This document shows, one piece after another, positions 25,853-36,594 of a stretch of DNA of 40,631 bases (its first letter is position 1; every line of letters begins with the position of its first letter). A model generated the notes under the pieces. The model saw only the letters and a program-made list of their open reading frames with translations, made no database searches and had not been told where the DNA came from. The stretch is from an uncultured Chloroflexia bacterium (GTDB taxonomy: Bacteria; Chloroflexota; Ktedonobacteria; Ktedonobacterales; Ktedonobacteraceae). A program made the position numbers and the translations under genes. The DNA lies in contig CAVZJN010000024.1 in NCBI GenBank assembly GCA_963775585.1, positions 1 to 40,631 on the forward strand, written 5' to 3'.

Positions 25853-27583
25853 ATGACATTTACATATACAGTGACTGCCGCCGATTGGGGGCGTATCGCA
25901 CCAGAGCTAGTGCTGGCGATTATGGCACTCCTGGTGATGATTACAGATATAGTGCTGCCACGGCAGGGAACAACCGCAAAAGACAGCGCCCCCACAAATA
26001 TTGTCGTTTTGCCAGCATTGAGCCTGCTGGGTCTGGCGGGAGCTTTCGTGGCGACCGTCGTGCTCTATGCGACGGGAGATCAAAAGACGGCGTTCAACCA
26101 GATGGTTAGCTCCGATTACGGCTCCCTCTACGCCTATATCATCATTCTGAGCGCGAGCTTTCTGGGTATTCTGCTCTCGCCCGCCTACCTCAAACGGTTG
26201 AACCTGATTCACCAGGGAGAATACTACGCCCTGCTCTTGTTTGCTACCGTTGGTATGATGCTGCTGGCCGCCGCGGTGAGCTTCCTGATAGTCTTCGTGG
26301 GATTGGAACTGTTTTCGCTGGCCCTGTACATCCTCTGTGGCTATGTTGTACGGCGCAAGAGCTCGCAAGAATCGGGCATGAAGTATTTCCTGCTCAGTTC
26401 GTTTGCCTCGGCCTTCCTACTATATGGCATTGCCCTCACCTACGCGACAACAGGCAACACCTCTTTCGCGGGCATTCGTAATTACCTTATTAGGACCATG
26501 CCTATTGCGTTTCCTCTAAATCAGCCTGTCTCTATTTTCAATGCCTCAGCCACTCATAGTCCAACCCTCTTGCTCACCGCCATGGGCCTTCTCATCGTTG
26601 GCTTTGCCTTTAAGGTGTCAGCCATTCCTTTCCAGGCATGGGCGCCCGACGTCTACGATGGCGCGCCGGCCCCTGTCACAGCCTTCATGTCTGTGGCGAC
26701 GAAAGCCGCCGCCCTCATCGCCTTTGCACGCGTCTTCGATGTCGTCTTCCAGCCCGCCAGGGGAGATTGGACGGCCATCATCTGGGCCATCGCTATCCTC
26801 ACCATCGTTGGCGGTAATATCATGGCGCTCGTCCAGAGCAGCGTTAAGCGCATGCTGGCTTACTCCAGCATCGCTCACGCCGGCTACCTCTTAATCGGTG
26901 TCGTCGTCGGCGGCATAGTCGGCATATCCGCTATCCTCTTCTACCTGCTCTGCTATACCTTCATGAACCTGGGGGCCTTTGGCATCGTCTCCCTGCTGGA
27001 GCGCGTCGATAACAGCGGCAGCAACTATACCGAGTTGCGCGGCCTATGGTATCGCCAGCCTACGTTGGCGGGCCTGCTCTCATTCTTCATGCTGGCCCTG
27101 GCAGGTTTCCCACCTATGGCAGGTTTCGCCGCCAAATATTATCTCTTCTATGCTGCCCTGCGGGGCGGTTACCCCGAACTGCTCATCATCGGCGTGCTCG
27201 CCAGCGTCCTGGGCATGTACTATTACCTGCGCGTCATCGCCACCATGTTCATGGAAAAAGAAGTGGCCGTAGCACCTTCAGTTTCTCCTGCCCCAGTTCC
27301 CAACAACAATAAAAAGATCCCCGGGAAACTTGGCGATACAGGTACCCTGACCTCAAGGGGCGCCGCCACAGCGGTAGCGGTAAAACCAGCCACCACATCG
27401 GCTATGGCTAGCCCTCCAAAGACGGCAATCACAGTTGCCGAGAAGAACCAACCTGTAAGCATCAGTTGGGTATCCTGGGTTGCGGTAGGGATCGCTGCTG
27501 TGGGCACACTGGCAATGGGTACCATCCTCCCGTTCTGGTTCATCCCACTGGCACAGCAGGCGGCACTAATGATGTTTAAGTAG
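25853..27583 (+). CDS. nuoN: NADH-quinone oxidoreductase subunit N, with about 100-aa C-terminal extension ending in an extra TM helix
   Basis: Antiporter-like subunit (WAPDVYDGAPAPVTAF). The extension after residue 470 or so is P/A/T-rich. Confidence 0.9.
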   Translation: MTFTYTVTAADWGRIAPELVLAIMALLVMITDIVLPRQGTTAKDSAPTNIVVLPALSLLGLAGAFVATVVLYATGDQKTAFNQMVSSDYGSLYAYIIILSASFLGILLSPAYLKRLNLIHQGEYYALLLFATVGMMLLAAAVSFLIVFVGLELFSLALYILCGYVVRRKSSQESGMKYFLLSSFASAFLLYGIALTYATTGNTSFAGIRNYLIRTMPIAFPLNQPVSIFNASATHSPTLLLTAMGLLIVGFAFKVSAIPFQAWAPDVYDGAPAPVTAFMSVATKAAALIAFARVFDVVFQPARGDWTAIIWAIAILTIVGGNIMALVQSSVKRMLAYSSIAHAGYLLIGVVVGGIVGISAILFYLLCYTFMNLGAFGIVSLLERVDNSGSNYTELRGLWYRQPTLAGLLSFFMLALAGFPPMAGFAAKYYLFYAALRGGYPELLIIGVLASVLGMYYYLRVIATMFMEKEVAVAPSVSPAPVPNNNKKIPGKLGDTGTLTSRGAATAVAVKPATTSAMASPPKTAITVAEKNQPVSISWVSWVAVGIAAVGTLAMGTILPFWFIPLAQQAALMMFK

Positions 27584-27755
27584 CAAACAGGTATATTCCT
27601 CACAATGGAACAGCCTCTTTCAGGACACGCTCTCTGATACGCTTCTCGCAGTCCCCGTTCGGTTACAACATCTACTTTGTAACCGAGCAGGTTCCTGCAG
27701 GTCCATCAGTAGTCCCCCGAGGTCGAAGAGGCTTGTGATTTTTCGTCTGCTGAAG

Positions 27756-28655
27756 TTACACTACCCTGAGATACTGCACACTGAACAACTGCTGTGGGTC
27801 TGTCCACACGGCTTCAACGATAAATCCCGCTGCTCTTGCCAGTCGTGCAAACTCCTCCAACGTGTACTTGTACGAACTCTCTGTCCAGATACTCTCGCCC
27901 AGCTTGAAGGCGATCTCGACCTCCCCAATGCGAACCGTCTGGTTGGTAAGGCTGACCAGGTGCATCTCGATCCGACTCTGCCCCGGATTATAGAAAGCAT
28001 AGTGCCCAAATTGGTCCAGCTTGAAGTTGGCGTCCAACTCCTCGTTGATGCGCTCAAGCAGGTGCAAGTTGAACTGAGCCGTCACCCCTTGCGCATCGTT
28101 ATAGGCACGATGTAGGATGTTGAAGTCCTTCTTCAAATCCACCCCAATCAGCAGGCCACCCCCTGTGCATGCCTTCGCAATCTGTTGCAGAAAGCGTTTG
28201 GCTGGCTCACGGTCAAAGTTGCCAATGGTCGATCCGGGAAAGTAGGCGATTCTCCGTGAGACGGGCTTTGAAGACAAGGGCAGTGCGAAGTCACTCGTAT
28301 AATCAGCACACACCGGAAGCACTTCCAACGCTGGATAGGCGGTGGCAAGTGATGCCACTGAGCGGAGCAGCTGTTCTTTTGCAATGTCGATCGGCACGTA
28401 GCCAGCCGGGTCTTGCAGGGCATCCAGCAGCATGCGGATCTTCGTACTGTTGCCGCTGCCATACTCGATGAGTAAGCAATTGGGCCCAAGCAGTGTGACC
28501 ACCTCGGCCATCCGTTCCTGCATAATGCTGTGCTCGGTACGTGTGAGGTAGTACTCGTCCAATGCACAGATTTGCTCGAACAGGTGCGAGCCGACGTCAT
28601 CGTAAAAGTACTTACTAGGCAGTTCTTTTCGCGCATCTTGCAACCCCTGAAGCAC
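27756..28655 (-). CDS. egtD: L-histidine N-alpha-methyltransferase (ergothioneine biosynthesis), start codon unresolved
   Basis: ELPSKYFYDDVGSHLFEQICALDEYYLTRTE...GSG SAM-MTase motif, full-length EgtD-like. Homology (FRDEVLQGL) continues upstream of the first canonical in-frame starts (GTG 28655, TTG 28643) as far as the egtB stop at 28729-28731. Confidence 0.75.
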   Translation of the reverse strand: MLQGLQDARKELPSKYFYDDVGSHLFEQICALDEYYLTRTEHSIMQERMAEVVTLLGPNCLLIEYGSGNSTKIRMLLDALQDPAGYVPIDIAKEQLLRSVASLATAYPALEVLPVCADYTSDFALPLSSKPVSRRIAYFPGSTIGNFDREPAKRFLQQIAKACTGGGLLIGVDLKKDFNILHRAYNDAQGVTAQFNLHLLERINEELDANFKLDQFGHYAFYNPGQSRIEMHLVSLTNQTVRIGEVEIAFKLGESIWTESSYKYTLEEFARLARAAGFIVEAVWTDPQQLFSVQYLRVV

Positions 28656-28728
28656 CTCGTCGCGAAAGGTCTTCCGCTGCGGCTCAAAGTCATAGGGCCC
28701 GAGTGAGCTTTTTCTCTGCTGTTGGATG

Positions 28729-29928
28729 TCACACCTCCCTTGCCAGTCGGATACCCATGAATTGCCATTGGGCGTTGGCAGGAAAGAAGTTGCGGTAGGT
28801 GGACCGGATATGCGACAGGGAGGTGGCGCACGAGCCACCGCGCAGGACGTACTGGTTGCACATGAACTTCCCATTGTATTCCCCGATCGCCCCCGGACCT
28901 GGCTTGAAGTTCGGATAGGGCGCGTAGGAGCTTTGAGTCCATTCCCACACGTCGCCATATATCTGCGCGAGTTTCCCACCGGTGGTGGAAACGTTGAGAG
29001 AAGCCGGGTGGTACAGACCGCTCTCAACGAAATTCCCTTCGACGGGAACGTCTTGCGCTGCCGCCTCCCACTCGGCTTCAGTCGGCAGGCGTGCATCTGC
29101 CCAGCGCGCATAGGCATCGGCTTCAAAGTAGCTGACGTGACAGACAGGCTCAGCTTTGTCTACCTCACGCAACCCGGAGAGGGTTATCATCCACCACCGA
29201 CCATCGCGCTTTTCCCAGTACAGGGGGGCCTTCCACTCTTCCGCACGCACCGTGTTCCAGCCTTCTGAGAGCCACAGGAGGGGATTTTCATAGCCTCCAT
29301 CTTCCATGAACTCCAGGTATTCACCATTCGTGACCAGGCGCGAGGCCAGTTGGAAGGGTTCCACGAACTGCCGGTGCCGGGGTCCCTCGTTGTCAAAGGC
29401 AAACCCATCGCCCTCATGTCCAATCCAGTGGATCCCCTCAGGAAAGGACACCCAGTCCACTGGTGGGATGCTCGAAACACTCGCAGGTTCTTGTGCTCGA
29501 TAGGTCGGGTAGAGGGGATTGCAAGAGAGCACATGCTTGATGTCGGTGACCATCAGTTCCTGGTGTTGCTGTTCGTGATGCATGCCAAGCGTAATGATGG
29601 GCGCGAACGCTGCCAGCCGCCTCTCATCGATCTTCTCCAGCAGCTCAAGGACACCCTCATCGACGTACCTCCGGTAGGCATACGTCTCCTCGACGGTAGG
29701 CCGGGAGATCAGCCCACGTTTGGGTCGGCAATGCCGTTCTCCCAGCGTATTGTAGTACGAGTTAAAGAGGTACGCGTACTGTGGATGAAGCGACTGGTAA
29801 TCAGGAACTGCCGGAAAGAGCAGGAAGGTCTCGAAAAACCAGCTGACGTGGGCGAGATGCCATTTGGTTGGGCTGACATCTGGCATGGACTGGATGACAT
29901 AATCTTCGGTGACCAGCGGTTCGCACAA
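28729..29928 (-). CDS. egtB: hercynine oxygenase / sulfoxide synthase (DinB_2 + FGE-sulfatase domains)
   Basis: HHEQQHQE (H-x3-H-x-E iron motif), SMPDVSPTKWHLAHVSWFFE and C-terminal FGE-like GGSCATS...YRNFF. TTG start. Confidence 0.85.
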   Translation of the reverse strand: MCEPLVTEDYVIQSMPDVSPTKWHLAHVSWFFETFLLFPAVPDYQSLHPQYAYLFNSYYNTLGERHCRPKRGLISRPTVEETYAYRRYVDEGVLELLEKIDERRLAAFAPIITLGMHHEQQHQELMVTDIKHVLSCNPLYPTYRAQEPASVSSIPPVDWVSFPEGIHWIGHEGDGFAFDNEGPRHRQFVEPFQLASRLVTNGEYLEFMEDGGYENPLLWLSEGWNTVRAEEWKAPLYWEKRDGRWWMITLSGLREVDKAEPVCHVSYFEADAYARWADARLPTEAEWEAAAQDVPVEGNFVESGLYHPASLNVSTTGGKLAQIYGDVWEWTQSSYAPYPNFKPGPGAIGEYNGKFMCNQYVLRGGSCATSLSHIRSTYRNFFPANAQWQFMGIRLAREV

Positions 29929-30146
29929 GTGCTCAGTAAAGCGGCGAACGCTCTAGAGAGACCTCAGTGATCCTATCATCTAGAGGCAGCATGCAATAAC
30001 GCCACCGCCGAAGCGATGTATGCCCCTGGCTGGTATTATACCTGGCTATACCCATTCGGGTTATCCTGTTTCATCCTGTCTAAAGATGTGATACTTTGTA
30101 CTGGTGAGAGTAATATATGATAAATGCGTAATGCAAAATAAAGGGT

Positions 30147-31412
30147 GTGCGCATGTTCGAAAGAATATTCAGCAGAACAAGATTTCTCTTTCCCCTTCTA
30201 GTCGTCTTGTTCGCGGTGTTCTTGACTGGTTGGCTCCTTGTCGCTGCTCCAAGGCAGGGTGGGGCCTGGCTGCAGGCCGTCTCACTGCAGTCGCAACAAG
30301 CTCTCACCATCAATACTGACACGTCAACCCCTCGATTTTTAAACGGGAAACTTGCTTCGCTGGGTTGGATTGTTGGACACGATTGCCAGCGAGGTATGCG
30401 CGCCTACCTGCAAACCGCCGACACGAATCCCGACGCAGCCCTCGTAGGTACCGGCTGGCTTGACCCCACCACCGGCAAGTTCATTAGCGGTCAAAGCAAT
30501 AACTGCATGCCCGGCAGCCTCAGTATGGATAATGTGGTGCAACTGGTGCATAGCAAAGGTGGCATGGCCTATTTCACGGTGACCATGATGACCGACGGCT
30601 CGTCGCAGGCATGGACCTCACAACAGCAGTCGGACTACATTCGTAGAGCCACGACTGACCAGAGCTATATCGACAACATTGTGCACGAGGTTGAACGCGC
30701 CCACTATGATGGGGTCATCATGGATTTAGAGGCTGGCCTGGCCACGTATCCCAACATCCAGCAGCTCTTTGCCGCCTTCAACCAGCATATGTGGGCTGCT
30801 CTCAAGCCCCTGCACAAGTGGTATGGCATCGCCCTCATTCATAAACTCAGTGACCACGACGATTATTACAATCTCAATGCCTTTGAGAACTGGTCGCTGC
30901 TGGCTCATGTCTCTGACTTCATCGTTATCATGGCAGTTGACCAGTCCTACTTCTCTCCAGGCCCAACCGTCAGTATTCCCTGGCTAAAACAACTCCTGGC
31001 CTACACGGTGCGCACAATGCCCAATATGCTCCCACGCATCATTTGGGAACTCCCGCTCTATGGCGCCACCTGGCGCCTCTCAGGCGGTAAGTGGGTCTTT
31101 GACGGCGGGGTCAACTACTCCGATGGAGTTGCTCTTGTGCAGCAGATACCATCATCACAAATCGATAAAGCCGCCAGTAATTTGAATGATCCCACATGCG
31201 CCCACCTTGTCTATACCGACTCGTCTGGCGTTGAGCACTCCCTCTGGTACCACACAGCCAGGAACCTCTACTACATTATTTCGAACTTCCGCAAGATGAT
31301 AGAGCAGGTGCCGCAATTTGATCACAGCCATCTACAAATTGCCGTCTGGTACCGCGCAACCTGGGAGCCGGGAGATGTGTGGCCTATGCTGAAGGATGTG
31401 CTGCCTAACTGA
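30147..31412 (+). CDS. secreted/membrane-anchored GH18-like (chitinase-like TIM-barrel) protein with divergent catalytic motif
   Basis: N-terminal signal/anchor (FLFPLLVVLFAVFLTGWLLVAA). HYDGVIMDLEAG aligns with the GH18 FDGVDIDWE motif, but the middle Asp is Ile. Confidence 0.4.
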   Translation: MRMFERIFSRTRFLFPLLVVLFAVFLTGWLLVAAPRQGGAWLQAVSLQSQQALTINTDTSTPRFLNGKLASLGWIVGHDCQRGMRAYLQTADTNPDAALVGTGWLDPTTGKFISGQSNNCMPGSLSMDNVVQLVHSKGGMAYFTVTMMTDGSSQAWTSQQQSDYIRRATTDQSYIDNIVHEVERAHYDGVIMDLEAGLATYPNIQQLFAAFNQHMWAALKPLHKWYGIALIHKLSDHDDYYNLNAFENWSLLAHVSDFIVIMAVDQSYFSPGPTVSIPWLKQLLAYTVRTMPNMLPRIIWELPLYGATWRLSGGKWVFDGGVNYSDGVALVQQIPSSQIDKAASNLNDPTCAHLVYTDSSGVEHSLWYHTARNLYYIISNFRKMIEQVPQFDHSHLQIAVWYRATWEPGDVWPMLKDVLPN

Positions 31413-31415
31413 AAT

Positions 31416-31459
31416 AAACGCTGAGAGCAGGTAACTCGCTCTCAGCGTTTTTCTTTCAG
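31416..31459. terminator. bidirectional intrinsic terminator (13-bp stem AAACGCTGAGAGC/GCTCTCAGCGTTT) between convergent GH18-like gene and groEL
   Basis: The stem is followed by TTTTTCTTTC on the plus strand and by TTTATTTCAG on the minus strand. A second perfect palindrome CCTTTATCGCGATAAAGG lies at 31461-31478. Confidence 0.65.
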
Positions 31460-31478
31460 CCTTTATCGCGATAAAGGG

Positions 31479-33182
<1,704 letters not shown>

Positions 33183-33485
33183 TTACTCCACAATACCCAT
33201 AATGTCGCTTTCGCGTAGGATCAAATACTCTTCGCCATCCATCTTGACTTCGGTACCAGCATACTTCGCAAACAACACCTTCTCTCCCACCTTGACCTCC
33301 AAAGTGGTGCGCTTGCCATTGTCCAGAATCTTGCCAGGACCAACTGCCAGAACCTCGCCCTCCTGGGGCTTCTCTTTCGCGGTATCCGGTAGCACAATGC
33401 CGCTCTTTGTGACGGTTTCACGCGTTGATGCTTTGACTACCACACGGTCACCCAGCGGCTGAATTTTTAGGCTCACTGTTGACAT
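33183..33485 (-). CDS. groS: co-chaperonin GroES (10 kDa)
   Basis: [19 protein letters not shown]... Start at ATG 33485, with GGAGAAAAAGG RBS. The ORF track extends to 33563. Confidence 0.9.
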   Translation of the reverse strand: MSTVSLKIQPLGDRVVVKASTRETVTKSGIVLPDTAKEKPQEGEVLAVGPGKILDNGKRTTLEVKVGEKVLFAKYAGTEVKMDGEEYLILRESDIMGIVE

Positions 33486-33550
33486 ACCTTTTTCTCCCTG
33501 ATTTTTCACTATGTGAATTTCAGACGAGCTATACCTCGTCCCTTCAAATG

Positions 33551-33577
33551 TTAGCACTCTCATAATAAGAGTGCGAA
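33551..33577. promoter_or_regulatory. CIRCE operator (HrcA binding site) TTAGCACTC-N9-GAGTGCGAA
   Basis: Near-perfect match to the CIRCE consensus TTAGCACTC-N9-GAGTGCTAA, 66 nt upstream of the groES start. Confidence 0.85.
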
Positions 33578-33585
33578 CCTCCCAT

Positions 33586-33614
33586 ATAATACACCATTAG
33601 AGGCCCCACCGCAA
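33586..33614 (-). promoter_or_regulatory. groESL promoter TTGCGG-N17-TATTAT (minus strand)
   Basis: Hexamers at the correct spacing place the TSS at the edge of CIRCE. Confidence 0.45.
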
Positions 33615-33623
33615 GAGTCTATT

Positions 33624-34433
33624 TTATTGGGAAAAGAGCATACCCACCATTTCACGCAACAAATTCACCATTCCCTCAACCTCCTGTACCAGTACATCTG
33701 CGTGTTCCAACATTGCAGGTAACAAATCCGCGTGCTGCACAACAACCGACACCCCCGCCAACACCTTCTTCTCATCTCGCAGCCGCTCTACCTCCAACAC
33801 CGCATCCAGATCGGTAAGATCATCGCCCGCAAAAACAACCCCCTGCACCTGAAAATGCTCCACAAAGTGCCGCAGTGCCTTCCCCTTATCCACCGCCAAC
33901 GGAGCCAGCACCTCCACCATCATTCTCCCCTCCCTCAGCCGCATATTCAGCCGCTGCGCAGGCTCTTCCAAAATCGACAATATGCCCTGCCTTGACCGCT
34001 CAGGATCACGTGAGAGCCGGTAATGCAGCGTTCCCCCCACGCGCTTCCGCTGCACATAGACTCCCGGCAGTTGAGGCAACTCCCTCTCAACCAGGTCAAG
34101 CAGGTAGGTACCAGGTTCAATATACTGCAACGCCTCCGGCACAATCTCCACGGGATGTAGCGAGGGCAAACCATCGCACCATTCCAGGCCGTGCGTTCCT
34201 ATATACGTCAACCCATCCACATTGACCATCCTTGCCCCATCGTCAATCGCTCGCCCCGTCATAATCGCCACGTGGGCGCGCTCCTTGGCGCGTTCCAACA
34301 GGGGCACAACTCCAGGAAAGAGCCGCGCCTCGTCAGAAGTCGGCGCCATCGGGCTGAGCGTGCCATCGATATCGAAGACAAGGCCAAGGGGACGTTGAGA
34401 AAGAACGGTTTGAAGTTCGTTTGATATCGTCAT
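33624..34433 (-). CDS. HAD-IIB phosphatase, trehalose-6-phosphate phosphatase-like
   Basis: LVFDIDGTLSPMAP...VAIMTGRA...IGTHG motifs of the OtsB/T6PP family. The true start is more likely ATG 34433 (MTISNELQ) than 34490. Confidence 0.65.
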   Translation of the reverse strand: MTISNELQTVLSQRPLGLVFDIDGTLSPMAPTSDEARLFPGVVPLLERAKERAHVAIMTGRAIDDGARMVNVDGLTYIGTHGLEWCDGLPSLHPVEIVPEALQYIEPGTYLLDLVERELPQLPGVYVQRKRVGGTLHYRLSRDPERSRQGILSILEEPAQRLNMRLREGRMMVEVLAPLAVDKGKALRHFVEHFQVQGVVFAGDDLTDLDAVLEVERLRDEKKVLAGVSVVVQHADLLPAMLEHADVLVQEVEGMVNLLREMVGMLFSQ

Positions 34434-34573
34434 GGAATTAAGATATCTTTCTTTTATACAAAGGAACAAAAAGATCACAACCATCGTCAAGATATTACAC
34501 TGATCATATCGTTTGTTCCACTCCTACTCAGGACTAAGTCAGAGTAATACACTACAAGAAAAGAGGACTTTTT

Positions 34574-35008
34574 ATGAAGATCAAACCGTTGTCCTTCCTT
34601 GTGCTTCTGTTCGTTTTGCCTTTCATACTTTTGGGTGTCTATAGTACTATATCACGCGCATCGCATGGAGAGCCTGACAAGCTGCATCTCGTCAAAAGCA
34701 TCCTGGTGTACAGTAACAATGCTCCTCCTACGATAAAGATTGTTACTGATAAGATCATCACTACCCAACCGATGGTGGAAAAACTCTATGAAAAGATACA
34801 ATCGCTGCCGCCAGCCAACTTTCCCATAAACTATCTGTGCGTGAGAGGGGTGCCTTCCTACCAGCTTACCTTCTCGCAACAGGGGCGTACCGTTCTGGAG
34901 GCCGATAGCGGCTACTGCTTCAGGCTCATTATCGACAAAAACGACAAGGACCAGCGTGAAGCTGACGAGGCGCTTTTTACTCTCCTCAAGCAGGTCGAAG
35001 CAGCATAA
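34574..35008 (+). CDS. hypothetical small secreted protein (signal peptide/anchor MKIKPLSFLVLLFVLPFILLGVYS)
   Basis: ORF with AAAAGAGGA RBS and an N-terminal hydrophobic signal. No recognised domain. Confidence 0.45.
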   Translation: MKIKPLSFLVLLFVLPFILLGVYSTISRASHGEPDKLHLVKSILVYSNNAPPTIKIVTDKIITTQPMVEKLYEKIQSLPPANFPINYLCVRGVPSYQLTFSQQGRTVLEADSGYCFRLIIDKNDKDQREADEALFTLLKQVEAA

Positions 35009-35209
35009 TATGACGATATGATTTATTATTGGATACGTTCATTTTTTTGCAAAGGGGAGAAAGGTGGTAGAAATAGCATGGCTGCATTGTTAAGCTCATC
35101 TTTTCTTACAAATCTGGCACCCTGCTAGACCAGCATGATATAATACTCTAACCGCTCTAATGGAAGGATGGGTACCCTGCGCAGCAGGTGTAGCCGCACA
35201 GGTGTGTCG

Positions 35210-36559
35210 ATGTTTCGTAAAATATTGATAGCTAATCGTGGTGAAATCGCCTTGCGAGTCATCCGCGCCTGCCGTGAAATGGGCATTCCAAGCATCATCG
35301 CCCACTCGGAAACTGATCGTGATTCTCTTCCTGTACGCCTGGCCGATGAACATATCTGTATTGGGCCAGGCGCAAGCAGCAAAAGTTATCTCAATATTCC
35401 CAACATCATCAGCGCTGCGCTCATCTCTGGCGCCGACGCCATTCATCCCGGCTATGGCTTTCTCTCAGAGAATACCAGTTTCGCCGAAATTTGCTCAGAT
35501 GTCCAGATCACCTTCATTGGCCCTCCTGCCTCCGTCATGTCACTTATGGGAGACAAGGTTGATGCGCGCACAACCATGGCCGAGTTAGGATTACCAATAC
35601 TTCCTGGCACCCCCGTCCTGCGCACACTCTCCGAAGGATTGGACGCCGCGCGTGAGATCGGCTTTCCCTTAATGCTCAAGGCCGCTGCTGGCGGCGGTGG
35701 GCGTGGCATTCGCCTGGTAAAACGTCCAGATGAATTTGAGCGCGTCTTTACCGTAGCGCAAATGGAAGTGCGCGAAGCCTTCCGAGATGATGGGCTGTAC
35801 CTCGAACGCTACCTGGAACGCACCCGCCACCTAGAAATCCAGGTCCTGGTCGATAATTTCGGGCACGGCGTGCACCTCGGTGAACGCAACTGTTCATGCC
35901 AGCGACGCAATCAAAAAGTCCTTGAAGAGTCGCCCAGCCCGGCTTTGCCGCCAGAACTGCGCCAGGAAATCGGCATGAAGGCTCTTCGCGCCGTGCAGGC
36001 CATAGGCTATCGCAACGCCGGTACGCTCGAACTTCTGCTGGACGAAGATAACCGCTATTATTTCATGGAGATGAACACCCGCTTGCAAGTTGAACACCCG
36101 GTGACAGAACTGGTCACCAGTACCGATCTCGTCAAGGAACAGATCCGCATCGCGGCTGGCTTGCCGCTCCATCTTCAACAGGAAGATATTCGCTTCCACG
36201 GTCATGCCATCGAATGCCGTATCACCGCCGAAGATGCCGAGTTAGATTTCCGTCCACAAACGGGCACGATAGAACGCTATTTACCGCCTGGCGGTCCCGG
36301 CGTGCGTGTCGACAGCCACCTCTATGCTGGCTACCACGTACCGCCGCACTACGACTCGCTGCTGGCAAAGCTGATCGTCTGGGCCGAAACCCGCGAAGCA
36401 GCCATTGCTCGTATGCTACGAGCACTTGACGAGTTCGTCATTGAAGGTATCGTCACAACGATACCATTTCATAAAAGGCTCCTTAAACATGAAGGCTTCA
36501 TCCGTGGAGAAACATACACCCGCTTCATCCAGGAAGAAGCCGTCGCGTTAGGTTTATGA
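35210..36559 (+). CDS. accC: acetyl-CoA carboxylase biotin carboxylase subunit
   Basis: MFRKILIANRGEIALRVIRA... ATP-grasp biotin carboxylase, about 449 aa. Start at ATG 35210. Confidence 0.9.
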   Translation: MFRKILIANRGEIALRVIRACREMGIPSIIAHSETDRDSLPVRLADEHICIGPGASSKSYLNIPNIISAALISGADAIHPGYGFLSENTSFAEICSDVQITFIGPPASVMSLMGDKVDARTTMAELGLPILPGTPVLRTLSEGLDAAREIGFPLMLKAAAGGGGRGIRLVKRPDEFERVFTVAQMEVREAFRDDGLYLERYLERTRHLEIQVLVDNFGHGVHLGERNCSCQRRNQKVLEESPSPALPPELRQEIGMKALRAVQAIGYRNAGTLELLLDEDNRYYFMEMNTRLQVEHPVTELVTSTDLVKEQIRIAAGLPLHLQQEDIRFHGHAIECRITAEDAELDFRPQTGTIERYLPPGGPGVRVDSHLYAGYHVPPHYDSLLAKLIVWAETREAAIARMLRALDEFVIEGIVTTIPFHKRLLKHEGFIRGETYTRFIQEEAVALGL

Positions 36560-36594
36560 TCAAGGGATAACACTCTTTCATAGGAGGTAACAAC

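Noticed and set aside
28729-28874. egtD starting at ATG 28874 (M85 of the long ORF).
   Set aside because: It would overlap egtB by 145 nt in another frame, and the encoded 48 N-terminal residues are low-complexity and not protein-like.
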